In this document: piece after piece, positions 1 to 9,834 of the stretch
How positions within the stretch are numbered: position 1 is the stretch's first letter
Layout: each line of letters begins with the position of its first letter
Origin: Nitrososphaerota archaeon
GTDB lineage: Archaea > Thermoproteota > Nitrososphaeria_A > Caldarchaeales > Calditenuaceae
DNA: 64,000 nt
Assembly (NCBI GenBank): GCA_033581555.1
Contig: JAVQSZ010000004.1
Span: 1 to 64,000 of the forward strand
Direction: 5' to 3'
Notes under the pieces: generated by a model
Told to the model about the DNA's origin: nothing
Seen by the model: only the letters and a program-made list of their open reading frames with translations
Database searches by the model: none
Position numbers and translations under genes: made by a program

Positions 1-513
1 CGCCGCCTTCACCGGGGTCAGGACCTCTCCGGCCCTCGCGACCAGGGTCCCCGATGTGACGTCGGACCCCTTCCTGTCGACGTGCTCGAAGGGCCTCACC
101 GGCCTATGGATCGCAACCCTCCCCTCCTCGACGACGACCTCCTCCTGGGGTATGACCGCGTCCGCGCCCTCTGGCAGGTATCCGCCGGTCAGGATCCTCC
201 TCGCGCATCCCGGACCCAACGGAGGGCCCCTCTCGTTGGGACCCGTGAACCCGTCGACCCTGAGGACCACAGGCCTCTCACCGCTGGCCCCGAGCAAGTC
301 CGAGGACCTAACCGCGTAGCCGTCCATGTGGGACATGTCGTGGGTAGGCCTGTCGGAGGGGGCTCGGACGTCCTCCGCGATGACCCTCCCGACCGCGGCG
401 AGCGGCCTGAGCCGCTCAGCCTCCGATATCGGCCTGACCCTCGACCTGACCTGTGCCAGCACCCACTCGAGGTCGTGGAACCTCTCGATCCTCCTGTGGG
501 CAGAGTGGCGCAT
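1..513 (-). CDS. moeA: Molybdopterin molybdotransferase MoeA, N-terminal part (runs off window start)
   Basis: Not in ORF track; manual translation from ATG at 513 gives MRHSAHRRIERF...GRVIAEDVRAPSDRPTHDMSHMDGYAVRSSD...RILTGGYLPEGADAVIPQEE (MoeA DGYAV and TG..P.GADAV motifs). Confidence 0.9.
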   Translation of the reverse strand, partial: MRHSAHRRIERFHDLEWVLAQVRSRVRPISEAERLRPLAAVGRVIAEDVRAPSDRPTHDMSHMDGYAVRSSDLLGASGERPVVLRVDGFTGPNERGPPLGPGCARRILTGGYLPEGADAVIPQEEVVVEEGRVAIHRPVRPFEHVDRKGSDVTSGTLVARAGEVLTPVKAA

Positions 514-572
514 CCGCTCGGAGATCAGCTCAGGTCCCCGGATATCAAGGAATTTCCGCGAGCCGACCCGAG

Positions 573-1082
573 CTATTGTAGGGGAGCCGCGTTCCTCCGC
601 TCGAACTCGAGGAGCCTGACCTTCAGTTCCGGCGAAGGGCTGTAACCTCCGGGCGATCCGTCAGACCTCACGACCCTGTGACACGGCACCAGTATCGGGA
701 CAGGGTTCGCGGCGAGCGCCGACCCGACCGCCCTCGCGCCCCTCGGCGCTCCGAGCGAAGAGGCGACCGAGGCGTAGGTCCTGGTCGAGCCGTAGGGGAT
801 CCTTGAGGTCTCCGACCAGACCGCCCTCTGAAACGGGGTGCCCCTGAGCTCCAGAGGCACGTCGAAGACCCTCCTCGAGCCCCTGAGGTACTCCTCGAGC
901 TGACGGACCGCCTGCCTCAGCGACGCAGGCCCCTCTCCCGGATCGACCGCCTCGAGCTCCGGCCTCTGCCCTATCGCGACCTGCACGACCGCGCTCGGCG
1001 TCGCGACCACCCAGACCTCCCCGACCCAGGTCCTCAGCTCGGCCGCGTATAGCTTGACCTCACCGGGCCCTGCCCTCCTCAA
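573..1082 (-). CDS. ogt: Methylated-DNA--protein-cysteine methyltransferase
   Basis: GTPFQRAVW..IPYG..ARAVG..NPVPILVPCHRVV active-site motif. Confidence 0.95.
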   Translation of the reverse strand: MRRAGPGEVKLYAAELRTWVGEVWVVATPSAVVQVAIGQRPELEAVDPGEGPASLRQAVRQLEEYLRGSRRVFDVPLELRGTPFQRAVWSETSRIPYGSTRTYASVASSLGAPRGARAVGSALAANPVPILVPCHRVVRSDGSPGGYSPSPELKVRLLEFERRNAAPLQ

Positions 1083-2439
1083 CCCCGCCGAGCCTCCTCC
1101 TGCACTCCGCGGCGAACTTCTCGACCAGTTCCTCCGCGAGCCCGACGTACTCCCCGAATTCCCTCGGGACGACGTCCTCCGCCCTGACGCCGTGCCGCTC
1201 CGCGACCCTCCTCGCGGCCTCCCCGACCCCGACGCCCTGCCTCAGCAGCGACCTCAGCTCGTCGATCGCGTCTACTCCCAGCCTCCTGAACCTGACCTGG
1301 ACCGCCTCCGAGAGGGCCTCCGGATGGGACCTCAGCTCCTCCAACATCCCCTCCCTGTCGAAGCCTATCCTGCCCAAGAACCTCCTCAGCTGCCTCACGC
1401 CGATCAGGAGGTGCGCGACCCCGACGGGCACGTTCCGCCTCACCGTCGAGTCCGAGAGGTCCCTCTGGAGCCTCGTCGTCTGAAGCCTCCTCGACGCGAA
1501 GGTCAGGACGCTCGCTGCCAGCTCGAAGTTCCCTTCGGCGTTCTCGACCTCTATCGGGTTCGCCTTCTGTGGCATCGTCGAGGACCCGACTCCCCTCGGG
1601 AGGACCGTTACGTGCCCGAGCGCGGAGAGGAGCCAGAGGTCCCTCGAGAGGTCGGTGAGCGTCATCGAGAGCGAGGCCATCGCGTCGAGGAGCGGCGCGT
1701 ACCTCTCCGCGGGGATCACCTGCTTCGTCAGCTCGACGAACTCCAGGCCCAGCGACTCCACGAACTCCCTCGCCGCGCCGAGTGCGTCCCTCCCGAAGAC
1801 CTCGACGAGGGCCGCGTAGGTCCCGACAGCTCCGCTCAGCTTCCCCGGGAACCTGAACCCCTTCAGAGACTCTAGCGACCAAAGGACCCTCGAGCCGTGG
1901 TACGCGAGCTCCCTACCGAGGGTCGTCGGGACGGCGGGCTGGCCGTGCGTCCTCGCGAGCATCAGCGTCCCCTTCTCCCTCACCGAGACCTCCGCGAGCT
2001 CGGCGCAGAGCCCCTCGAGCTCAGGGACCAGGACCCCCCTCACCGCGTCCCTCAGCGAGGTCGAGAAGGCCAAGTTGTTCACGTCTTCGGAGGTCAAGCC
2101 CGCGTGGACCCAGACCGCGGCCCCCTTCGCCCCGAGCCTCGTCAGCTCCGACTTCAGGTACCGGACAAGGGCCTCGACGTCGTGTCCGACCTCCCTCTCG
2201 ATCGCCTTTACGGCCTCCGCAGCGGAGAGGTCGAAGCGCTTCAGCACAGACCCCGCGGCCTCGACCTCCTCGGGCCCGATCGGCGCGGCCCCCCTCCTCC
2301 CCAGGAACTTCAGGTACTCGACCTCGACCGAGAGCCTCGACCTGATCAGCCCGAACTCGCTCAGGTGGGGCCTGAGGTCGTCGACGAGCTCGGCGTAGCG
2401 GCCGTCGACCGGCGAGAGCGCGAGCAGGGGGTGCGTCAC
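1060..2439 (-). CDS. purB: Adenylosuccinate lyase
   Basis: ALSPVDGRY, LTSEDVNN, ARTHGQPAVPTT, GSSTMPQKANP signature; in operon with purA and guaB. Confidence 0.95.
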   Translation of the reverse strand: MTHPLLALSPVDGRYAELVDDLRPHLSEFGLIRSRLSVEVEYLKFLGRRGAAPIGPEEVEAAGSVLKRFDLSAAEAVKAIEREVGHDVEALVRYLKSELTRLGAKGAAVWVHAGLTSEDVNNLAFSTSLRDAVRGVLVPELEGLCAELAEVSVREKGTLMLARTHGQPAVPTTLGRELAYHGSRVLWSLESLKGFRFPGKLSGAVGTYAALVEVFGRDALGAAREFVESLGLEFVELTKQVIPAERYAPLLDAMASLSMTLTDLSRDLWLLSALGHVTVLPRGVGSSTMPQKANPIEVENAEGNFELAASVLTFASRRLQTTRLQRDLSDSTVRRNVPVGVAHLLIGVRQLRRFLGRIGFDREGMLEELRSHPEALSEAVQVRFRRLGVDAIDELRSLLRQGVGVGEAARRVAERHGVRAEDVVPREFGEYVGLAEELVEKFAAECRRRLGGVEEGRAR

Positions 2440-3689
2440 CGCGCCACCACGTCTTCAGTCCCGGGCCCGACGCCCACGTACCCCACCGGCGCCCCGAGCC
2501 TCTCCTCGACGAACTCGACGTACCTCCTCGCGTTCGGGTGGAGGGCTCCGTAGCCCTCCCGTAGGACCTCGGCGCGCTCCGCGTCGTCGATCTCAGGCCA
2601 CCCCTCGAGCTCCGCGTAGACCGGCCTGACCTCGGAGAGCTCCTTGAGCGTCGCCGGGAACTCGCCTTCCCCGTAGCCCTCGTACCCGACGCAGACCTTA
2701 ACCCTCTCGAGGCCCGAGAGCGTGTCGACCCTGGTCAGGAAGACCGAGTCGGCTCCGTTCAGCTCCACGGCGAACCTCAGCTGCGCGAGGTCCAGCCAAC
2801 CTATCCTCCTCGGCCTCCCGGTCGTTGCGCCGTACTCGCCGCCCTTCTCCCTGATCCTGTCCGCGACGTCGCCCTTGATCTCCGTCGGGAACGGGCCCGC
2901 ACCGACCCTGGTCGTGTAGGCCTTCGCGACCCCGACCACCTCACCGACGAACCTCGCCGGGATCCCGCACCCGGAGTAGACGCCGGCCGAAGTCGTGAGG
3001 CTCGAGGTTACGTATGGGTATGTGCCGTAGAGGACGTCGAGCATCGTCCCCTGCGCGCCCTCGAAGACCACCTTCTCCCCTGATGCGAGGTGGGTCGCGA
3101 TCACCCTGTTAACCTCGGTCACCTCCACGTCGAGCGTCCCGAAGAGCTCCGAGAGCGACCTCGCGACAACCCGCGGGTCCACGCCCTCCATCCTCCAGAA
3201 GGCCGCGACGTCCCTGAGCTTCTCCTCGAGGGCCTCAGGCTCCAGCAGGTCCGCGACCCTGAGCCCGACCCTCCCAAACCTCTCGACGGCCGTCGGGCCT
3301 ATTCCCCTCCTCGTCGTCCCGATAGCCCTCTCGCCCCTCATCGCCTCGAGGATCTCCTCCGCCCTTAGAGCGATCTCCGTGATCACCTGCGCCCTCGGGC
3401 TGAGGATCACCTTCAGGTCGGGCCTCACCTCCCTGGACTCCCTCAGCTCCTCCGAGAGGGTCCGGAGGTCGACGTAGACGCCCGCGCAGATCGCGGCCCT
3501 CCCGCAGACCAGCCCTCCCGCAGGTATCAGGTGCATCCTGAAGGTCCTCCCGGAGTAGACGACCGTGTGGCCAGCGTTCGGGCCCCCGTTGAACCTCACC
3601 GCGAGCGCCGCGCCCTTCGAGAGGTAAGCAGCGACCTTGCCCTTTCCTTCGTCGCCCCACTGGAGCCCGACAACTGCAACAGACGGCAT
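2436..3689 (-). CDS. purA: Adenylosuccinate synthetase
   Basis: GLQWGDEGKGK, NAGHT, EGAQGTMLD, GATTGRPRRIGWLD. Confidence 0.97.
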   Translation of the reverse strand: MPSVAVVGLQWGDEGKGKVAAYLSKGAALAVRFNGGPNAGHTVVYSGRTFRMHLIPAGGLVCGRAAICAGVYVDLRTLSEELRESREVRPDLKVILSPRAQVITEIALRAEEILEAMRGERAIGTTRRGIGPTAVERFGRVGLRVADLLEPEALEEKLRDVAAFWRMEGVDPRVVARSLSELFGTLDVEVTEVNRVIATHLASGEKVVFEGAQGTMLDVLYGTYPYVTSSLTTSAGVYSGCGIPARFVGEVVGVAKAYTTRVGAGPFPTEIKGDVADRIREKGGEYGATTGRPRRIGWLDLAQLRFAVELNGADSVFLTRVDTLSGLERVKVCVGYEGYGEGEFPATLKELSEVRPVYAELEGWPEIDDAERAEVLREGYGALHPNARRYVEFVEERLGAPVGYVGVGPGTEDVVAR

Positions 3690-3694
3690 CTCCT

Positions 3695-5176
3695 TCAGGC
3701 GACGCGCTCCACGTCGTGCGGGAGGCTCTCCCTGTACCCGGCCTCGGAGATCCTGACGAAGACCGCCTTCTCCCTAAGCTCTTTCAGGTTCCTCGCGCCC
3801 AAGTAGCTCATACCCGACCTCAGCCCAGCCACAAGCTGCCTGAGGACCTCGACCGCGGAGCCCCTGTAATCGACGTAGGCCTCGATCCCCTCTGCCATGT
3901 AGGAGTAGTCTGCGACCTCATCGAGCTCGACATCGCCCCGCTCCTTCATGTCTCTGCTCAGCATCGCGTAGAACGAGGCCATCCCCCTGTAGACCTTGCT
4001 CTTCTTCCCGTTCCTCACGACGACCGAGCCCGGGCTCTCGTCGGTCCCGGCGAGCAGCATCCCGATCATCACCGTCGATGCACCGGCCGCGAGGGCCTTC
4101 ACAAGGTCCGCGGAGCTCCTGATCCCACCGTCAGCGATCATCGGGACGTCCATCCTCTCCGAGACCTCTGCGCAGTTCATGATCGCGGAGAGCTGTGGCA
4201 CTCCGACTCCAGCCACGACCCTGGTCGTGCAGACCGCTCCAGGACCGATCCCGACCTTGACCGCGTCGGCGTGGGCCGCGAGGTCCTCGAAGCCCTCAGG
4301 AGTCGCTACGTTCCCCGCGACGACCTGGACCTCGTCACCGAACTCCCTCCTGAGGGCCTTCAGGGTGTTGACCATCATGGACGTGTGGCCGTGGGCGATG
4401 TCGACCACCAGCGCGTCCACCTCGGCCTCGAGAAGCGCCCTCGCCCTCTCGATCGCGTCGGACTTCACGCCTATCGCGGCTGCCACCATCATCCTACCCT
4501 TTCTGTCCCTGGTGGAGTACGGGTGCAGGCCCCTCGACTCGATGTCCTTGGCGGTGACGAGGCCCTTAAGCCTCCACTCGTCGTCGACGATCGGTATCTT
4601 CTCGACCTTGTACCTCCTGATCAGCTCCTTCACCTCCTCCAGCGAGGCCCCCTCCCCCGCGGTGACGAGCTCGTGTCTGGGCGTCATCACGTTCCTGACC
4701 AGCTCCTCGTCGGGCTGGAAGAGCAAGTCCCTTCTGGTCACTATCCCCCACACCCTCCTCTCCCTGTCCACGACCACAAGCCCCGAGACCCCCAGCCTAG
4801 CCATCTCCCTCCTCGCGTCCTCGACCCGAGCCTCGAGCCCGATTGAGTACGGGTCCTCGACGACGATCCCCTCCGCGCGCTTGACCCTCTGGACCTCCCT
4901 GACCTGCGCCTCTATCGACATGAACCTGTGTATCACCCCGATCCCTCCCTCCCTCGCCATCGCAATCGCCATCCTGCTCTCGGTGACGGTGTCCATCGCC
5001 GCGGAGACTATCGGTATGTGGAGCTCTATACGCCTCGTGAACCTCGTCCTCGTGGACACTTCACTCCTCGACCTGATCTCAGAGTACCTCGGCAGCAAGA
5101 GAACGTCGTCGAAGGTGAGGGCGACCCCCTCAAGGAACGCCGGCAAACGATCCCAACCCCGCCGAACATCGCCCAC
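3695..5176 (-). CDS. guaB: IMP dehydrogenase with CBS pair
   Basis: LTFDDVLL, SAAMDTVTE, KVGIGPGAVCTTR, YRGMAS. Confidence 0.96.
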   Translation of the reverse strand: MGDVRRGWDRLPAFLEGVALTFDDVLLLPRYSEIRSRSEVSTRTRFTRRIELHIPIVSAAMDTVTESRMAIAMAREGGIGVIHRFMSIEAQVREVQRVKRAEGIVVEDPYSIGLEARVEDARREMARLGVSGLVVVDRERRVWGIVTRRDLLFQPDEELVRNVMTPRHELVTAGEGASLEEVKELIRRYKVEKIPIVDDEWRLKGLVTAKDIESRGLHPYSTRDRKGRMMVAAAIGVKSDAIERARALLEAEVDALVVDIAHGHTSMMVNTLKALRREFGDEVQVVAGNVATPEGFEDLAAHADAVKVGIGPGAVCTTRVVAGVGVPQLSAIMNCAEVSERMDVPMIADGGIRSSADLVKALAAGASTVMIGMLLAGTDESPGSVVVRNGKKSKVYRGMASFYAMLSRDMKERGDVELDEVADYSYMAEGIEAYVDYRGSAVEVLRQLVAGLRSGMSYLGARNLKELREKAVFVRISEAGYRESLPHDVERVA

Positions 5177-5355
5177 GACATAAAGGTTCTCCGGTGTTCA
5201 ACCAGGAAGCTTCACGAAAAGGCTGTGGGAGAGTCGTTCTTGCTGTCCGGCAGGGTAGAGGGATTGCATGAGAAGGCATTGATGATCGCTATGATCGATT
5301 CGTCGAAGTGGTCTTGCGAAACGTTTAAGCCTGCTGGTCTCGTATAAGATGCAAG

Positions 5356-5799
5356 ATGCAAGCGAAGCCCAACATGATCGTCACGATCCTGCTGGCCGCG
5401 TCGATTCTGGTAGGGATAATCATACTCGCTTTTGACGGACTGCTTTGGTTCGACAACCCAAAGAACGGACACGCGTACGCGCTGATCAGCTTCATCGCGG
5501 TGAAAGCCCTCCTCTTGTTCGGGGTCATCACAGCCAAGAGTTGGGCGCTGAGAGGCGTCTTCTATTGGGCGATCACGTACCTACTCATGCTCTTGTTAAA
5601 CCCTCTGACTGGCCCCGCAATAGGTCTAAGTCCCATCGAATTCGCGCTTTAATTGTTCGGGTTTATGCCCATCGCGAGTTTCAACGGCGTAAGCTGTCCG
5701 TTTCTCTGTCCGCCGTTCGTCGTCAGCTACACGTTCCTAGTCGTGTTGCAGGTCTTGCTGGTATTAACGGGAGTAAGGGCGATTCGTCGAGGCGGATGA
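5356..5799 (+). pseudogene. Small multi-pass membrane protein interrupted by in-frame TAA at 5650-5652
   Basis: After ...IEFAL* the same frame continues LFGFMPIASFNGVSCPFLCPPFVVSYTFLVVLQVLLVLTGVRAIRRGG* and ends in an ATGA overlap with the next start (5796). Confidence 0.65.
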
Positions 5800-6971
5800 A
5801 AGGGTCACCGCTGATCTTTGCAGCGCTCCCTTTAACGCCGCTGGTCGTCTTCCTGGGCCACGGCTACGACCTCCTGGTTAGCTACGTCGCAGCCAGAAAC
5901 GTGGCTCACGGTCTCAGCCCATACGAAGGTGGTTCCTATCCAAACCTCTCATACCCATCCGAGATCCAAGGAATAGGTGAGACACCGCTCTGGCCTCTGT
6001 TCCTCTCGATGGTTTACTCTCTCTCGGCGGGCGATATCTTCTTGTTCAACGCTCTCTCCAAAATTCCAATCATTATAAGTCTCATCGCTCTGTATTTTCT
6101 AGCGCAGAGATCGAAATTAGAACGTGGAGACTTCTATCTACTCAACTCTTACGTTCTGATGACATCTGTTGCATGGGGTAAACCTGACGTACTGGCCACA
6201 ACCCTTGTCCTGCTCGCCCTGCTGAACGTACGGAGGGCCTTTCTGTCGATTCTTCTGCTGGCAGTCTCTCTCAACGTCAAGCCCCTTGCCCTCGGCGCCG
6301 TGCCAGCCTTCGTCGCTTACTACGGATTACGAAGAGGGCTGACGTTCGCCGCCGCGTTGATTGCCCTTTCCTCGATGATCTTCTTCGCTCCCTTCGTGTT
6401 GCTCGGTTGGAGCGCTTCGACTCCCGTAACAGGGACCATCAACTGGCTCGCAGATGCCGGAGGCCTCTCCCCGCTCAACATCTTAGAGTACTTTTACGGG
6501 TGGAGCTATGCGGGCATCAATCCCCACGGCTTCGTGGTAGGGGTTCCGTGGCTTTCGGCCGTCGTCTTATCATCGGCGCTGATTTCACTCAAGAACCCTC
6601 GAGACTTCAGATCTTTGGCGTGGTTATCCCTGCTGGGGAGCACGGTTTTTCTCGTTCTAAGACCCAAAGTCTCTGAGCAGAACTTGATGCTTCCCTTCGT
6701 GTTGATACACTGGATTTCAGGCAGGCCTGTCTCAACGTCTCTCTGGGCGTCCGTGATGGTGTTCGCGATTCTCAACTACTCAATCCCTCAGCTCCTTTAT
6801 CCTGTGTGGCCCGATGTGGTGGCCGATCTTCACGAAGCCACCAAGTGGTTCGAGGAGCCTCGGTTGATCGCCCGCTTTGCTTCCTCTCTGATCTTTTACT
6901 GGCTTTTCTTCAGGGAGCTAACCAAGGTGAGGAGGCATTTGGTTGGCGTGGATTGGGCTCGCAACGGTTAA
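5796..6971 (+). CDS. Polytopic membrane protein, GT-C-fold glycosyltransferase-like
   Basis: Start reassigned to ATG 5796 (ATGA overlap). N-terminal loop GHGYD..SPY..PLWP, WGKPD, VKP, and about 10 hydrophobic segments resemble GT87/PIG-M-like proteins. Confidence 0.55.
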   Translation: MKGSPLIFAALPLTPLVVFLGHGYDLLVSYVAARNVAHGLSPYEGGSYPNLSYPSEIQGIGETPLWPLFLSMVYSLSAGDIFLFNALSKIPIIISLIALYFLAQRSKLERGDFYLLNSYVLMTSVAWGKPDVLATTLVLLALLNVRRAFLSILLLAVSLNVKPLALGAVPAFVAYYGLRRGLTFAAALIALSSMIFFAPFVLLGWSASTPVTGTINWLADAGGLSPLNILEYFYGWSYAGINPHGFVVGVPWLSAVVLSSALISLKNPRDFRSLAWLSLLGSTVFLVLRPKVSEQNLMLPFVLIHWISGRPVSTSLWASVMVFAILNYSIPQLLYPVWPDVVADLHEATKWFEEPRLIARFASSLIFYWLFFRELTKVRRHLVGVDWARNG

Positions 6972-7647
6972 CGTCCTGTGGGGCATAGCAGCTCTTCTCG
7001 ATCCGTCGATAGCCTTGGAGCCTGGACTTCCACACCCTATCGTCCTTTTCGCAGCCCACACGTTCTCTGGCTTGACGATGTTCTTCCGAAAGTCTAGGCC
7101 CTTAGCTCTCCTCATGACTGCAGGCATAACGGGTTACTACTCTCTTCTGATCAAACCGTTTGAACCGATCGCAGAACCTCAAACGGTCGGAATATTCTTC
7201 ATCGCGATCTCGATGCTGCTCTCTCACGTCGAGAAGCCAACACCGTTAAACAAGCTCGTGAGATTCGCGAGGATCGTCCTCTTTAGGGCCGGGATCGCGT
7301 ATCCGTTTTTCGAGTGGGGGCTGGACGCCTATCGCAACCCCGTGCACTTCATCAGCTATATCAGAGGTAATAACCTCGCACGGACCATTGCTTCTCCCTT
7401 AGGATTAGAGAACGCCGTCTTTGCTCTTTTCGTTGTAGAAGTATCGCTTTCATTATTTATTATGACGGGTTTTGCTAGAAAACTAGCAGGCATCACAGCA
7501 GCAGCCCTCTTGGTTCTGTTCTCATTTGTCGCAGCATATCCGTTGGCACTACCTCAGAACATAGCCCTGATAACGGCCTCTGTTTTGTACGCCCGAGAAA
7601 AGGATCACTTCATGCGTTTGAACTTAATGTCCGTGAAAAGCTCGTAA
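6943..7647 (+). CDS. Hypothetical membrane protein (DoxX-like C-terminal half possible)
   Basis: Several TM segments; R.GI..PF..WG and E......I..G...K.AG patterns reminiscent of DoxX. Confidence 0.5.
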   Translation: MAWIGLATVNVLWGIAALLDPSIALEPGLPHPIVLFAAHTFSGLTMFFRKSRPLALLMTAGITGYYSLLIKPFEPIAEPQTVGIFFIAISMLLSHVEKPTPLNKLVRFARIVLFRAGIAYPFFEWGLDAYRNPVHFISYIRGNNLARTIASPLGLENAVFALFVVEVSLSLFIMTGFARKLAGITAAALLVLFSFVAAYPLALPQNIALITASVLYAREKDHFMRLNLMSVKSS

Positions 7648-8972
7648 GGTTTCAACAGCACGTAAAGAGGCCCCAGTCTCCTCCTCAGCTTCCACTGAAT
7701 TCTGGCCTTCCAGATTCCGTAGCGTAGCTTTTCTATTGAGAATTCGTGCTTGAAGAGGAGTCTGTGGTCCCACCCGTGAACGGGCTTCTCCCATTCGAAG
7801 GTCTCCATTCTGTCCCTCACTCTCTCGTAGAGACCGGTCCCAGGAAGTGGATAGGGGACCTGCATGCTGAAGTAGTCCAGTGGCAGCGATGAAGCGAACT
7901 TGATAGTCCTCAGCATGGTTTCGTTGGTCTCTCCCGGATAGCCCAAAATGAAGAACGCCGCGACCTTCATGCCAGCCCTTTTGGCTGTCTTGACGGCAGA
8001 CTTCGACTGCGAAGTCGTTATCCTCTTGTTCATCAAGTTTCTCAAGACGTAATCGTCCCCGGACTCGAGCCCGAAGATTACCTTGTCACACTCTGCTCTC
8101 CTCATGGCTTTAGCTACTTCTGCGTCGAAGAGGTCAACGCGCGACAGACACTCCCACTGAACGTCTATGCCCTCCTTCACGATCTCCTCGCATAGTTTGA
8201 GAACGTGTTTCTTGCTGGCTATGAACAGCTCATCGGCGAACCATATCCTCTCGTACCCCCACTTGTACCTCACCTCCTCCATCTCCTCGACGACGTTCTC
8301 CGGAGACCTGTACCGGTAGACCCTCCCGTAGTCGGGCCTCCAGCAGAAGTCGCATGAAAAGGGACACCCTCTGCTCGCGATCATCGAGGTCATCAGGTAG
8401 CCGAAGTTCTTTCTGTAATACGTCTGGTAAGCCCGATGGTCGTAAAGATCGCGGGCAGGGAAGGGAAGCTCGTCGAGGTCCTTGACGAGAGGCCTAGGGC
8501 CTGTGAACTCGGGCCTCCCCCCGTCACGTCTGTGAGAAAGGTGTAGACCTTTCACGGTCTGCAACTTGAACTCTCCCCTACGGTCGGTGGCGTCCATCAA
8601 CTCCCCGACCGTCTGTTCCGCTTCGCCCTGCACCACTACGTCGAAATCCCTCAGGAACATGGTGGGGTACGCGGAGGGCATGGGGCCACCAGCTACGACC
8701 AGCTCACTGACCTCACTCGCGACTGCGGCCAAGTCCTTCGCTTGCTTTACCATCGAGAGCATGCTGTAGATGCCTGTGACCCTCGCCCCCTCCTTTCTTA
8801 TGACCCTCTCCACCTCCTCCCTGCTCATGAAAGTGCAGTCGAGGACTTTCACGTTGTAGCCTCTCTCCCTCACGTATGAGGCGATGTAACCTATCCCCAG
8901 TGGAGGGAATTGCCAGTGTTTGGACCTCCCGTCGAAGAAGTAGGGGAAGATCAGGAGGAGGTCGGTGGGCAT
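7605..8972 (-). CDS. Cobalamin-binding (class B) radical SAM enzyme
   Basis: N-terminal B12-binding region (PPLGIGYIAS, VVAGGP, GEAE), SRGCPFSCDFC CxxxCxxC motif, FGLESG, FILGYPGET; start at ATG 8972 with TATA-like TTTAAG ~26 bp upstream. Confidence 0.92.
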   Translation of the reverse strand: MPTDLLLIFPYFFDGRSKHWQFPPLGIGYIASYVRERGYNVKVLDCTFMSREEVERVIRKEGARVTGIYSMLSMVKQAKDLAAVASEVSELVVAGGPMPSAYPTMFLRDFDVVVQGEAEQTVGELMDATDRRGEFKLQTVKGLHLSHRRDGGRPEFTGPRPLVKDLDELPFPARDLYDHRAYQTYYRKNFGYLMTSMIASRGCPFSCDFCWRPDYGRVYRYRSPENVVEEMEEVRYKWGYERIWFADELFIASKKHVLKLCEEIVKEGIDVQWECLSRVDLFDAEVAKAMRRAECDKVIFGLESGDDYVLRNLMNKRITTSQSKSAVKTAKRAGMKVAAFFILGYPGETNETMLRTIKFASSLPLDYFSMQVPYPLPGTGLYERVRDRMETFEWEKPVHGWDHRLLFKHEFSIEKLRYGIWKARIQWKLRRRLGPLYVLLKPYELFTDIKFKRMK

Positions 8973-9032
8973 TCGGAACTCCGATCCCAATGTGAGCTTA
9001 AAGTTTCTCAAACTACTCCTTGATGTGAAGGG

Positions 9033-9834
9033 ATGACGGGAGATAGCGAGCTGTGGTCTCTAGGTTCGCTGTCGGTGATCCTCCTGCCCAGAGCACCCAA
9101 AGGGACCGAGATCGCTGGCGTGTGCAGAGGATTGGGGCTCCTTTACGCCGGTACCGACATCACAGGGGGAGGGTATGGGAATAGGTGGCGTAGTTCTCAG
9201 ACGAGGGAATGTCACCTACTTTCCGCTCACGTGTCGTGGTGAGGTCTGCGGGAGGCGAGCCGTGGTTACCTTCGAGCTCAACGGTCTCTCGAGGAGGTTC
9301 ATAGGGCCGCTGGACGTCACAGAACTTCACCGCCGCGTAAGAGAGGGCATGTCCTTCTTGTACATGCGTGGGGGGAGAGCTGCATCAACCTTCAGGTGGT
9401 TGATGAGGATGCGTCCGCACTTGGTGAGAACCGAGTACAAAGAGGTTGAAAAGATTGAGTCGTGCTCGCTCATGTACGCCTTCAAGAACAACACGATCGA
9501 AGTCAGGGTCTTGAGGGAGAAAAGGGTCGGGAAGTTAATCGTCGCAAACGAGCTTTCCGGTGCGCTCTTCGATCTTTTGCTTCACGACGGCAAACCCTTT
9601 AGGCTGGGTCCTTGGACGAGGTGCAGTTCAAGGTCACCGGTTCTTCTCTCAAGCAGGCTGGGAATTTACTTGAACTTCACACTTCCGAAAGACGTCGAGG
9701 TCTTCGCGGGGAGGGAGGTGATGCCGCCTCGGCTCAACTGGGCAGGCGTTGACTTAATCATGAACGAAGGTCTGGCTGAGACAAGCTATTCGGTGAGCGT
9801 CGATCTCGATTCGCAACCAAGAGCGCGGGGATGA
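9033..9834 (+). pseudogene. Hypothetical protein apparently split by a 1-bp insertion in a G run (9165-9169)
   Basis: ORFs 9033-9242 and 9175-9834 join to ...GTDITGEGMGIGGVVLRRG... if one G is removed; ATG 9033 lies ~30 bp downstream of the TATA-like element at 8997-9003. Confidence 0.5.

Noticed and set aside
1054-5183. Long + strand ORFs opposite purB/purA/guaB (e.g. 3716-4846, 3996-5183), and similar shadow ORFs throughout the window
   Set aside because: Antisense or alternate-frame shadows of clearly recognisable genes in high-GC DNA; no motifs and biased R/P/G/S composition
5445-5795. N-terminal 117 codons of the 508-aa ORF
   Set aside because: Overlaps the upstream membrane gene in another frame and looks non-coding; ATG 5796 in an ATGA overlap is the better start
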